64,000 nucleotides of DNA from Actinomycetota bacterium (lineage in GTDB: Bacteria > Actinomycetota > Acidimicrobiia > Acidimicrobiales > Acidimicrobilacustridaceae): NCBI GenBank assembly GCA_041183205.1, contig JBEGMF010000042.1, positions 4,369-68,368 of the forward strand, read 5' to 3'. Under the pieces are notes generated by a model. That model worked only from the letters and a program-made list of their open reading frames with translations. It was not told the DNA's origin and ran no database searches. The position numbers and the translations under genes are program-made. Below are positions 9,481-18,616 of the stretch, piece by piece. How positions within the stretch are numbered: position 1 is the stretch's first letter; every line of letters starts with the position of its first letter.

Positions 9481-11643
9481 ATGGGAATCGCCATTACCGA
9501 TGATCACCGCACTCTGGCGGAAGTCACGTCCGATTTTCTTGTACATCACGGTTCGGCCGCGGCATCACGCTCACTGTTAGAAGCCGATGCTGAATCTGCA
9601 CCGCCGTATTGGTCGGCATTGGCCGAACTCGGTTGGCTTGGACTGCACATCGAAGAAAAGTTTGGCGGATCCGGATTCGGCCTTCCCGAACTCGTTGTCG
9701 TCACCGAACAAATGGGTCACCACTTAGCCGGCGGTCCGTTTGTTTCTACCGTTGTTGCCAGCGCCACATTGCAGGCCAGCGGATCAGCGGATGCGGAATC
9801 GCTTTTAAGTTCCTTAGCCAGTGGTGAAAAGACGGCGGCCGTTGGTCTTGGTGAAGGTCTTTCATTAAACAACGGAAAAGTTTCGGGCACGATCGCCAAC
9901 GTGGTGAGCGCCAACCTCGCCGATTATCTCGTTTTAACTTGCGGTGATGATGTTGTTGTCATCGAAGCAAATGATGCCGGCGTTCAACTTCGTCAATTAA
10001 AGAATCTCGATCCCACTCGCCGCAGTGCAACGGTCACTCTTGATGGTGCCAATGCCATTGTTCTGCCGGCGGCGGCACCCTGGCTACGCGATTTCGCCCG
10101 CGTTCTTTTTTCGGCCGAGGCAACAGGCGTTGCTCGTGCCACCACTGAGATGGCCGCCGAATACGCAAAGGTGCGCGAACAATTCGGTCGAGTAATTGCC
10201 ACGTTCCAAGCGGTTAAGCACCACTGCGCCAACATGTTGGTGGAAACTGAAATTGCGACGTCCGCAGTTTGGGATGCGGCCCGCGCGCAAACCACAACGG
10301 AAAGCCAACGCGATCAATTTTCTTATGCCGCGGCCTTAGCCGCCACACTGTCGGCTTACGCCGCCGATTTCTGCGCCCAAATGAACATCCAAGTTCATGG
10401 CGGAATTGGTTTCACTTGGGAACATGACGCTCATTTGTATTTGCGTCGCGCCTTAGCCATCGAAGCGTTCTTGGATTCAAAGAAAGCGTCGGAAGACATC
10501 GTCGATTTTGTTCGCCGCGGCGTGAAGTTAGTGCGTGCCGTTGAATTGCCGCCCGAAGCCGAGCAATACCGCGCTGAAGCGCAAAAGGCCATTGCCGACG
10601 CGGCAAAATTTGAAGGACAAGATCGCATTAAAGCCCTCGTTGCATCCGGCTATGCCGTGCCGCATTGGCCCACGCCTTATGGTCGTGGTGCAAGCGCCGT
10701 TGAACAATTAGTTATCGAAGAAGAGTTTGCCAAAGCCGGCATGAAGCGTCCGTCGTATGCCATTACCGGCTGGGTCATTCTCACGCTCACGCAATATGCG
10801 ACCGACGATCAAGTTGCCCGTTGGGTTATGCCCGCGCTTAATCAAGAAGTTATTTGGTGCCAGTTGTTCTCTGAACCAGATGCTGGTTCCGATGCGGCCG
10901 GTGTGAAAACGAAAGCCACGCGCGTTGATGGTGGCTGGTTGCTGAACGGTCAAAAAGTTTGGACAACTGGCGCACATTTGGCGTCATTCGGTCTTATCAC
11001 CGTGCGCACCAATCCTGATGTGCCTAAGCATCAAGGCATCACCACCATGGTTGTCGACATGCATGCTGAAGGTGTTGAAATTCGCCCCTTACGCATGGTG
11101 AACGGCGGTGCGGAATTCAACGAAGTGTTCTTCAATGATGTCTTCGTTCCCGATGATGATGTTGTTGGCCCCATTGATGGTGGTTGGACAGTTGCCCGCG
11201 GCACACTGGGCAACGAAAGCGTTTCCATTGGTAGCGGTGATGGCGCAATGGTTATTCCCGCCGAAACGTTCTTAGCGCCGTTCGATGCCAATCCTGATCG
11301 TCTTAATGGTGGCGCCAGTCGTATTGGTCGCGCCATTGCGCGCACTTTGGCAGCAGAAACGTTGAATGTTCGTTCCGCGCAACGCGCCGTTGCTGGCGGT
11401 GAACCTGGTCCCGAAGGCGCCGTTACCAAGTTGTTACTTTCCGAAAACGCGCAAGAAGCCGCCGCCATTCATTTTGAATTAGGTGGACGTGAAAGCGCGT
11501 ATCTCGATGGTGCCGGTGCATTCGGCGGAACATTGCAACTAATGCATCGCGCTTTAGCGATCGCCGGTGGAACATCGGAAATTAAACGCAACCAAATCGG
11601 TGAGCGCATCCTCGGTCTTCCCCGCGATCCAATGTTGAAATAA
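9481..11643 (+). CDS. Double-domain acyl-CoA dehydrogenase (FadE22/FadE34-like)
   Basis: Two ACAD domains (QVHGGIGFTWEH; WCQLFSEPDAGSD, IAGGTSEI). SD GGAGG before ATG 9481. Confidence 0.9.
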   Translation: MGIAITDDHRTLAEVTSDFLVHHGSAAASRSLLEADAESAPPYWSALAELGWLGLHIEEKFGGSGFGLPELVVVTEQMGHHLAGGPFVSTVVASATLQASGSADAESLLSSLASGEKTAAVGLGEGLSLNNGKVSGTIANVVSANLADYLVLTCGDDVVVIEANDAGVQLRQLKNLDPTRRSATVTLDGANAIVLPAAAPWLRDFARVLFSAEATGVARATTEMAAEYAKVREQFGRVIATFQAVKHHCANMLVETEIATSAVWDAARAQTTTESQRDQFSYAAALAATLSAYAADFCAQMNIQVHGGIGFTWEHDAHLYLRRALAIEAFLDSKKASEDIVDFVRRGVKLVRAVELPPEAEQYRAEAQKAIADAAKFEGQDRIKALVASGYAVPHWPTPYGRGASAVEQLVIEEEFAKAGMKRPSYAITGWVILTLTQYATDDQVARWVMPALNQEVIWCQLFSEPDAGSDAAGVKTKATRVDGGWLLNGQKVWTTGAHLASFGLITVRTNPDVPKHQGITTMVVDMHAEGVEIRPLRMVNGGAEFNEVFFNDVFVPDDDVVGPIDGGWTVARGTLGNESVSIGSGDGAMVIPAETFLAPFDANPDRLNGGASRIGRAIARTLAAETLNVRSAQRAVAGGEPGPEGAVTKLLLSENAQEAAAIHFELGGRESAYLDGAGAFGGTLQLMHRALAIAGGTSEIKRNQIGERILGLPRDPMLK

Positions 11644-11664
11644 ACGCGACAAAAGTTTTGGGCG

Positions 11665-11797
11665 TAAAAGCAACGTCGGCGGCGAACTGAACCACCCCAG
11701 CTCGCCGCCGACATCCGGAACCTTCGCTCGGCGGAGTTGCGAAGGGCACCGGTGACGCCGTCAGCTCGGGCGGGCTTTCGGCGTCAGATTTGTTGCT
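11665..11797 (-). ncRNA. Candidate small structured RNA (three hairpins, C-rich loops, terminator-like 3' end)
   Basis: Three back-to-back hairpins at 11753-11786, 11715-11752 and 11675-11712. G-U pairs in the third hairpin only work on the minus strand. Upstream TTGCAA-N16-TATCAT promoter and downstream U-tract. Confidence 0.55.
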
Positions 11798-11803
11798 GGC
11801 AAA

Positions 11804-11831
11804 ATGATAGTAAATTTTTTAGCAATTGCAA
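11804..11831 (-). promoter_or_regulatory. SigA-type promoter of the candidate sRNA
   Basis: Minus-strand TTGCAA (11831-11826), 16-nt AT-rich spacer, TATCAT (11809-11804). Confidence 0.55.
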
Positions 11832-11880
11832 AAGGTCTCAAGCAGATTCGTCAACTGAACCTTGGTGATGGAAGTTCCAG

Positions 11881-11964
11881 TGCCCGGAGTGGGATTTGAA
11901 CCCACAAGGACCTAAGTCCCGGGGGGTTTAAGCCCCCTGCGTCTGCCAATTCCGCCATCCGGGC
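11881..11964 (-). tRNA. tRNA-Leu(UAA)
   Basis: GCCCGGATGGCGGAATTGGCAGACGC...CT TAA A... with long variable arm, GTGGGTTCAAATCCCAC T-arm and CCGGGCA end. CCA not encoded. Confidence 0.97.
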
Positions 11965-12016
11965 TGGAACCCTCTAAAAGTAGTAGGCGGAAACACAAAA
12001 TGCGAAGACGGCCGAA

Positions 12017-12424
12017 TTAAGAGGCCAAAGGTGTGGGCAGAAGAACGGGACCGCTACGTCCTTGCTGGGCATGTTCCAGCAATATGCCTTCAACACTGGC
12101 CCATAAAGCGGCCCGAGCAGCCGCGGCGGTGAGTTCGGGCAATCTGTTGGCCACAACGATGCCATCGATCATGTCGGCCACCACTGCCGCCGATGGCCGG
12201 TTGCGCACTCGGACCGAAATGGTGACATCACCATTGGCCGATCGTTTGATGGTGCGGTCGACACCCTCTATACGAGGTGGACTGCGAAAGGCCGGCACTA
12301 ACAGCGCCGCCGCCCGAGCGGTATCGGCCAAGCAACGAGCCAGTTCGGCAAACCGCACCGACTCGGGCAGCGGCCGACCATTTGCGGGCGAAGTTTGACC
12401 GAGGGAAGGGAGGTTGCGAGGCAC
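12017..12424 (-). CDS. Hypothetical protein (PAFRSPPR...DRTI...VADMIDG motif)
   Basis: Protein-like ORF divergent from the nuclease. GTG 12424 start avoids the overlap. Function unknown. Confidence 0.6.
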   Translation of the reverse strand: MPRNLPSLGQTSPANGRPLPESVRFAELARCLADTARAAALLVPAFRSPPRIEGVDRTIKRSANGDVTISVRVRNRPSAAVVADMIDGIVVANRLPELTAAAARAALWASVEGILLEHAQQGRSGPVLLPTPLAS

Positions 12425-12481
12425 AAAGAGAGTATGCCGAGCACCTATGACAGTGTCGTAGTTCCCACTTACGATGACGAT

Positions 12482-13465
12482 ATGGCTGAAGCACTCACTC
12501 CCGCGCAACAACAAGTGCTCGCCGTTCTCGGTGCCAATGCCTCCGATCGGCCCCAATTCCCTGCCGATTTAGCCCAGCAACTTCGTGATGCCATTGAGTC
12601 CACGTTGGCGCCTATTCAAAACGAACTTTCGGCCGACAATCCCATGTTTCTCTCCAAACATGACCTGGCCATGATTCACGCATGCGAGGCCCGTGCCCTT
12701 TTCGAAAAGAACGCCGATTTCGAATGGACTCCCGCCATCGCCAAAGGTTCGGTGGCTCATAAAGCAATCGAACTTTCCATGCATTGGCCCGGCGATACTT
12801 CCCCACTTGAATTAGTCGATATTGCAATCGAGCGTTTACGCCAAACCGAAAAATCACTCGGTCTCTGGCTCGATAGTTGCTCCGATTTAGAACTAGCCGA
12901 AGTGCGGGCATTGGCCAACGAACGCGTCGTTACATTCAGCGAATGTTTTCCGCCGCTTAAAAAACAATGGCGTCCTGCCACCGAAGCTCGTCTGCGCACC
13001 GAATTACTCGACGGCAAAATCATCTTGAGCGGCCGCACCGATATTTCACTCGGCAAAGCCAATGGCCAAACCGCTGGCAAGGTCATTATCGATCTCAAAA
13101 CCGGTCGGCCGTCTCCAACTCATCTTGATGATCTGCGTTTTTATGCCCTTATCGAAACGTTGCGTCTGGGCGTTCCGCCGCGCCGAGTGGCTTCTTACTA
13201 TTTAGATTCTGCGCTTCCTCAAGCCGAAGACGTAACGGTTGATGTGCTCTTCGCCGCCGCGCACCGCACCGCCGATGGGATCATAAAAATTCATCAATTG
13301 ACTATTGGCGAGCGCGCCCCAACAGTAAAACCAAGTTACGGCTGCACTTGGTGTCAACTCGTCGATGAATGCGCGGCTGGTCAGCAATTTTTAGGCACTC
13401 AACAAGACGAAAATCCTTTTAGTAGCGAAGACGATTCCGCCACGGCAACCGCCGATACGTTTTAA
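12482..13465 (+). CDS. PD-(D/E)XK nuclease, RecB/AddB/Cas4-like with 4-Cys Fe-S staple
   Basis: HACE, GSVAH, GRTD, IIDLKTG, LRFYAL, CTWC-x5-C. Leaderless -10 TACGAT 6 nt before ATG 12482. Confidence 0.85.
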   Translation: MAEALTPAQQQVLAVLGANASDRPQFPADLAQQLRDAIESTLAPIQNELSADNPMFLSKHDLAMIHACEARALFEKNADFEWTPAIAKGSVAHKAIELSMHWPGDTSPLELVDIAIERLRQTEKSLGLWLDSCSDLELAEVRALANERVVTFSECFPPLKKQWRPATEARLRTELLDGKIILSGRTDISLGKANGQTAGKVIIDLKTGRPSPTHLDDLRFYALIETLRLGVPPRRVASYYLDSALPQAEDVTVDVLFAAAHRTADGIIKIHQLTIGERAPTVKPSYGCTWCQLVDECAAGQQFLGTQQDENPFSSEDDSATATADTF

Positions 13466-14781
13466 ATCGGATCGATTGCTGCTTCGGTTGCCTCTGCCTC
13501 GGCAATTGCAATTTCGGCATCTTCTTCGGTGGCTTCGGTGAATTCGCCTCGGGTGAGATCGTTCATTGCTTCAAATCGACCGAGCGATCGCAACACACCG
13601 AACACGATCAACATGATGACGCCGGCACCGGCAACTGTCCATTGCACACCGATGACATCAACCAACCAACCTTGTAACAGCGAACCTAACGGAACCGCAG
13701 CAGTGAGCACCACAACATAAAGCGCCAACACTTTGCCGCGCATTGATTCGCTTACTTGTAATTGCACGGTGGTGTTCAGTGTGGAGGAAATTCCGAGATA
13801 GCCAGCGCCCGCAACTAATAAGGCGATGGCACCGGTTAACACGATGGGTGATGCACCTACACCAACGAGCGCCAATCCATAACTCACCATGGCAATGGTG
13901 AGCATCACACTGCGATTGGTGCGCGAACCACGCCCCGCTACGAACGGCGCCACGACTATGGCACCGAAACCTAAACAACCGGCCAAAAGACCATATGCAC
14001 TGCCACCAACATCCCATACGCGCTCAGTGAAAACGACGATCAAATTGAATAGCGGCCCACCGAGGAAGCCTAGGAAGAACACAACAATTAAACAGACTGC
14101 GATTCCCGGTTCGGCAAATGCATACCGACAAGCATCGACCATGTCGGCAATTGGCGTTGCTTTACCCGGCGGAGGTGGCGGCGGTTTGCGATGTGTGCGA
14201 ATGAGTAAGAGCGAAAAAACCAACACCACGAATGTCATGCCGTTGAGAAAAAACAACCAACCCTCACCCAGTGGTACCAATAACAAACCACCAAGCGAGG
14301 GGCCAAAGGCGCGTGCCGCGTTGAATTGCGCTGAATTCAACGTGATGGCATTTAGTAAATGTTCACGGGGAACCATTTCGGTTACAAACGCTTGCCAAGT
14401 TGCCACCGTTAAACCGGCCACAAATGAATTAGCGGCTAACAATGAAATGAATATGCCGATTCGCTTATCCCCCGAAGCCCAATACGCACACATCGCAAAC
14501 GTGAAAATTGCTTGACCGATTCCCCCCAGGATGAGGACACGGCGACGATCAAATCGATCCGCGATCCAGCCGGCATAAGGACCGGTAAACACCATCGGGG
14601 CATAGCCAACGAAACCCGTGATGCCGAGCCATACTCCGCTACCCGTGATGTTGAAAACAACAATGGGAACGGCCACGTTTTGTAACCAAGTTCCGCTGGA
14701 GGAAAGAAGGCTTGAACCCCAAAGCAGGCGAAAATCGCGATAGCGAAAGGCGACGAACGAACCACCTTTCACAATATCCAC
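13462..14781 (-). CDS. MFS transporter (DHA3/EntS-like)
   Basis: RDFRLLW, G.IADRFDRRR, ARAFGP and MRGKV motifs; about 12 TM helices. Confidence 0.9.
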   Translation of the reverse strand: MDIVKGGSFVAFRYRDFRLLWGSSLLSSSGTWLQNVAVPIVVFNITGSGVWLGITGFVGYAPMVFTGPYAGWIADRFDRRRVLILGGIGQAIFTFAMCAYWASGDKRIGIFISLLAANSFVAGLTVATWQAFVTEMVPREHLLNAITLNSAQFNAARAFGPSLGGLLLVPLGEGWLFFLNGMTFVVLVFSLLLIRTHRKPPPPPPGKATPIADMVDACRYAFAEPGIAVCLIVVFFLGFLGGPLFNLIVVFTERVWDVGGSAYGLLAGCLGFGAIVVAPFVAGRGSRTNRSVMLTIAMVSYGLALVGVGASPIVLTGAIALLVAGAGYLGISSTLNTTVQLQVSESMRGKVLALYVVVLTAAVPLGSLLQGWLVDVIGVQWTVAGAGVIMLIVFGVLRSLGRFEAMNDLTRGEFTEATEEDAEIAIAEAEATEAAIDPI

Positions 14782-15359
14782 GCCCCCAAAAGTTCGTCTC
14801 GCCGTTCAAACCATTCGCGTTCGACAATGCCGAAGCGAAAATGATCTTCCCACGCGCCGTTGATCTCTAAAAATTCGACGGCCAACCCTTCTTGGCGGAT
14901 ACCCAGTTTTTCAACCACACGCAGGGATTTGTCGTTACGGGGAACGATCGCAATTTCGATGCGATGAAGATGCAATTCCTCAAAGGCATAACGCAAAACC
15001 GCTACCACCGCTTCGGGGGTGTAGCCGTGTCCCGCATGTTGGCGAGCGATCCAGTAGCCGATTGTTCCCGATTGAAAGGGGCCGCGCTGAACGGAGGTGA
15101 GATTCACTTCACCGGCGAACTGACCGTCGACAAAAACACCGAAGGCATAGCCAATTCCTAATTGCCGCTCTCGCTGACGCGCATTACAACGAACCGCGAA
15201 TGCATCTTTATCGCGCACGGCATCGGGAACACCGGGCGGTCGCGATGGTTCCCAAGGTAAAAGCCAATCTTCATTATCGAGTCGCACTTCACGCCAAGCG
15301 TGAAAATCGCCCGTTACGAGTGGGCGTAAGACAACACGACGTCCGAACAAATTGGTCAC
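14769..15359 (-). CDS. RimJ/RimL-family GNAT N-acetyltransferase
   Basis: LLPWEP, RGPFQSGTIGYWI, LHRIEI, SLRVVEKLG and INGAWEDH motifs. Confidence 0.9.
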   Translation of the reverse strand: MTNLFGRRVVLRPLVTGDFHAWREVRLDNEDWLLPWEPSRPPGVPDAVRDKDAFAVRCNARQRERQLGIGYAFGVFVDGQFAGEVNLTSVQRGPFQSGTIGYWIARQHAGHGYTPEAVVAVLRYAFEELHLHRIEIAIVPRNDKSLRVVEKLGIRQEGLAVEFLEINGAWEDHFRFGIVEREWFERRDELLGAWIL

Positions 15360-15430
15360 CGTTTGATACTAAAGGTTTTGCAATGACGTCGGTGAACTTC
15401 CGCTGCGCAGAAGTAAATCAAGCGTGTTCG

Positions 15431-16333
15431 CTACGAAAGCAGTGACATTGCCAAACCATCGAGGATGTCGGCTTCAGAAACAACGCATTCGCTAAAGCCA
15501 AAGCGACGCATGATCATCACCAGCACACATAATCCACCCACAATGACATCAGCACGCTGTGGTTCGAGTCCGGGATTAAATTTCCGTTCTTCAACCGATT
15601 CAGTCGCCAATGTTCTAAAGACGTCTTCCACTGCCGCTTTCGTTAAAACAAAATGATGGACCTTGTCGCGGTCATATTCCGGCAATCCTTGTTCCACCAT
15701 GGCAGTGTTGCTAACCGTTCCCGCTAAACCAACAAACGTTTTCGCTTGCGGTGCATCCGGGACTTCGCGCAAAACATCGTCGAGATGAATATCGATAACG
15801 GATAACGCCTGGGAAAGCTCTTCGGGAAGCGGTGGATCACTCACGAGCCACGCTTCGGTCATGCGCACGCAGCCCATATCAACGGAAATTGTTTGTTCGG
15901 CATTTTCTGTGCCGTAAACAAATTCGGTGGAACCGCCGCCGATATCACAAACTAAAAATGGACCGAGGTCTGCATTTAGATCAGCCGTTGCGCCCAAAAA
16001 GGAAAGTCGCCCCTCTTCCTCTCCACTCAAAAGTTCAGGACGTACACCCAAAATTTGTTCGGCCGCATTAAAGAATTCATCGCGGTTTTTGGCGTCACGG
16101 GATGCGGACGTCGCCGCCATACGAATTTTTTGCACATTGTTTCGATCAATAACTTCTTTGTATTCACGCAATACCGACAAGGTTCGCTCGATCGCTTCGG
16201 GATCGAGCATTCCCGTGGCGTCAACACCTTGGCCAAGACGAGTGATCCTCATCAAGCGTTCAATCTGGGCTTTCCCGTCGGTGATGAGAAGTCGAACCGA
16301 ATTAGTTCCGCAATCAATCGAAGCAACATTCAC
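15431..16333 (-). CDS. ppx: Exopolyphosphatase Ppx/GppA (Ppx2 type)
   Basis: IDCGTNSVRLL, ATSASRDA, DIGGGSTE and SEADILDG motifs. Follows DUF501. Confidence 0.93.
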   Translation of the reverse strand: MNVASIDCGTNSVRLLITDGKAQIERLMRITRLGQGVDATGMLDPEAIERTLSVLREYKEVIDRNNVQKIRMAATSASRDAKNRDEFFNAAEQILGVRPELLSGEEEGRLSFLGATADLNADLGPFLVCDIGGGSTEFVYGTENAEQTISVDMGCVRMTEAWLVSDPPLPEELSQALSVIDIHLDDVLREVPDAPQAKTFVGLAGTVSNTAMVEQGLPEYDRDKVHHFVLTKAAVEDVFRTLATESVEERKFNPGLEPQRADVIVGGLCVLVMIMRRFGFSECVVSEADILDGLAMSLLS

Positions 16334-16821
16334 CGTCGGATCCTTTCAGGCCAGCGACCATCAACAATTCCCATTTGCACCAGTTGTTGATGGGTCCACT
16401 CACCAACATCATCATTGCCGCCCGCCAACCAAAACGCATAGTGGGCGTGCAAACATTTCACGCCCACTCGGGTGCCGCCCACTCCGCCGGTTGGGACATG
16501 CAGCGCAGTTTCACGGTCGATAAAAGAGTTTCGTTCATGGGCATAAGCGTCGTGAATCTCAGCCATCCGGTCGAGTCCAACTTCAACTTCGACGCGATCA
16601 ACGCCACCTTCGGATTCAATTGTGCCGATAGCCGAGCGCGCTTGCGGATCGCAAAGCCAATACAACGTGGGCATTGGCGTGCCGTCGTACAAAAACGGAT
16701 GGTTACGCACTACTACCGGGTCACCATTGGGGCGACGCACAACTACAACGAAGTCGCCCATCGGTGCGCGGCCCAAAAGTTGAGCCACGCGTTCTGAATC
16801 GCTACTTACTTTGTCATTCAC
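16330..16821 (-). CDS. DUF501 family protein
   Basis: DGTPMPTLYWL, GGVGG and VKCLHAHYA motifs. Usual position before ppx. Confidence 0.9.
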   Translation of the reverse strand: MNDKVSSDSERVAQLLGRAPMGDFVVVVRRPNGDPVVVRNHPFLYDGTPMPTLYWLCDPQARSAIGTIESEGGVDRVEVEVGLDRMAEIHDAYAHERNSFIDRETALHVPTGGVGGTRVGVKCLHAHYAFWLAGGNDDVGEWTHQQLVQMGIVDGRWPERIRR

Positions 16822-17510
16822 GAACGACGACGGCGACGGCGAACTAACCCATAGACCACGGCGGCCGCAATGGCTACGCCCAAAATCGGAGCGGCGCGTT
16901 TCAACAAAGGAGATCCAGCCGAACCTAAAAGATCAATTGCCTCTGGTTCGGGTTGATCAATTTTGCGCACCGTTGGTTCGTTCGACTCTGGCGTTGCCGA
17001 CGGAGCCGAAGTAGGCGCACTGGCCGCCACGACCGCTTCGGCTTCTTTCACCACAGCCGCGGCGTCATCAACCAAAACTGTCTGTTCAAGATTGTCAACG
17101 AATTGGCTCAAAATTTTGGCGCTCACATCAGCCAACACACCGCGACCAAATTGCGCCACTTTTCCTGTCACCGTGAGATCAGTGGTAACCGTTACTTGAG
17201 TTCCGCCGGCGGCGCTTTCTAATTGCGCCGTAATGGTGGCACTGGCATTTCCTTGACCACGCGTATCGCGACCCGATGCTTCTAAAACGGCTTTCATGGC
17301 CGCATCATCGCGCTGCACAAAAACGGCTTTGCCTTTGTACTGCGCTTGGATCGGACCGACTTTGACTTTCACGACACCGCGAAATTCGTCGCCTTCAATT
17401 TCTTGCAATTGCGCGCCCGGTAAACAGGGAGCGATTCGTTCCACATCGGTCAATACTTTCCACGCCACTTCCGGCGGAACGCTGACCGAAAACGTGTTGA
17501 TCAATTCCAT
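16818..17510 (-). CDS. coxG: CoxG / SRPBCC protein with C-terminal membrane anchor
   Basis: IAPCLPGA, VKVKVGP, GKVAQFGRG motifs; C-terminal TM helix followed by poly-Arg. Confidence 0.88.
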   Translation of the reverse strand: MELINTFSVSVPPEVAWKVLTDVERIAPCLPGAQLQEIEGDEFRGVVKVKVGPIQAQYKGKAVFVQRDDAAMKAVLEASGRDTRGQGNASATITAQLESAAGGTQVTVTTDLTVTGKVAQFGRGVLADVSAKILSQFVDNLEQTVLVDDAAAVVKEAEAVVAASAPTSAPSATPESNEPTVRKIDQPEPEAIDLLGSAGSPLLKRAAPILGVAIAAAVVYGLVRRRRRRS

Positions 17511-18061
17511 TGTTCAAGATCCTCCCGGGTGTCGATATCGCGCCCGTCGCCTTGGCAGGCTAGTTCCCCCACCAACTCGGGCCTCTGTCGCATTAGTTCA
17601 CGGGCTCCATAATCTCCCGCACCATCCAACAACGGCCAAACAGATGCCGCCAGCCGCACTGGATTGCCCCGCTCACCGTTATACGTCGCCACCAAAATCG
17701 GCCACGAGGAATCGCCGGCCAAAGCCCGCCAACACGAGGGCTCGACCGCCGGTTGATCAGCGAGACCAACCACCACCGCCTCCATGCCGTCTTGTTGCGC
17801 TTGATCAAGGGCGACACGGAGCGAACTCCCCATACCCGATGCCCAATTGTTATTCACCAATTCGCAAATTGGTGGTGGGCAAAATTCGGCTAATGGCACT
17901 GGCCCAGAAACGACGTAGATGGCAGAAAAAACATTGGCCTCGCGCACAGCATCAAGCGCATGGGAAAGCAACGGGCGACCATGTAAATGCGCCAGAACTT
18001 TATGGTCGGGACCAAAGCGACGAGACTCGCCGGCGGCCAAGATCACCGCAGCAATTGCCAT
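17501..18061 (-). CDS. mocA: Molybdenum cofactor cytidylyltransferase (MocA-like NTP transferase)
   Basis: ILAAGESRRFG, GMGSSL, LADQP, GNPV, GDYGAR and DIDT motifs. Confidence 0.85.
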   Translation of the reverse strand: MAIAAVILAAGESRRFGPDHKVLAHLHGRPLLSHALDAVREANVFSAIYVVSGPVPLAEFCPPPICELVNNNWASGMGSSLRVALDQAQQDGMEAVVVGLADQPAVEPSCWRALAGDSSWPILVATYNGERGNPVRLAASVWPLLDGAGDYGARELMRQRPELVGELACQGDGRDIDTREDLEQWN

Positions 18062-18148
18062 CAGTCCAGTTAATCAGTTCAGCCAGAGAACGGCACAACC
18101 TGACCGGCTACTGTTTAGTTGGCGTCGATTACGGGCCGAAGGGGGATC

Positions 18149-18616
18149 ATGCAAATCAAGGTCACTGTGAATGGTGAAACCCATCAAAGTGAGGTCGAAC
18201 CTCGCACATTGCTCGTTCATTATTTACGCGATTCACTCGGTTTAACCGGCACCAATGTGGGTTGCGATACATCGTCATGCGGCGCGTGCACCATTCATGT
18301 CAACGGCGAATCAGTGAAATCCTGCACCATGTTGGCGGTTCAAGCCGACGGCACTGATGTCACCACCATTGAAGGTCTGGCCAACGGCGATCAACTGCAT
18401 CCCATGCAACAAGCATTTCAACAATGCCATGGCCTGCAATGCGGTTATTGCACGCCGGGAATGGTGATGGCCGCCATTTCGTTACTCGACGAAAATCCAT
18501 CACCCACCGAACAAGATGTGCGTATTGGTTTAGAAGGAAATCTTTGCCGTTGCACCGGCTATCACAACATTGTGAAAGCCGTTTTGGCCTGCGCTGAAGG
18601 CGAGGTGCGCGCATGA
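18149..18616 (+). CDS. coxS: Mo-hydroxylase/CODH-like small 2Fe-2S subunit
   Basis: [19 protein letters not shown] and GNLCRCTGY motifs. SD GGGGG before ATG 18149. Confidence 0.92.
   Translation: MQIKVTVNGETHQSEVEPRTLLVHYLRDSLGLTGTNVGCDTSSCGACTIHVNGESVKSCTMLAVQADGTDVTTIEGLANGDQLHPMQQAFQQCHGLQCGYCTPGMVMAAISLLDENPSPTEQDVRIGLEGNLCRCTGYHNIVKAVLACAEGEVRA

Noticed and set aside
11469-11714. 81-aa ORF making the structured RNA a riboswitch leader
   Set aside because: It starts inside the terminator-like hairpin and runs antisense into fadE; it looks like a shadow ORF.
11881-11964. bldA-type regulation through rare TTA codons
   Set aside because: TTA codons are frequent in housekeeping genes here, so UUA is not a rare regulatory codon.
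11644-12016. Integrative element at tRNA-Leu
   Set aside because: No integrase and no duplicated tRNA 3' end seen; the flanking genes look native.
12482-13465. CRISPR-Cas locus around the Cas4-like nuclease
   Set aside because: No repeat-spacer array, cas1, cas2 or effector genes anywhere in the window.
18062-18148. Moco riboswitch in the mocA/coxS divergent region
   Set aside because: Only 87 bp, with no recognisable Moco RNA motif.
17296-18177. 293-aa plus-strand ORF and other long antisense ORFs (for example 13889-14515 and 15927-16523)
   Set aside because: They are antisense shadows of well-supported genes, with atypical composition and no motifs.
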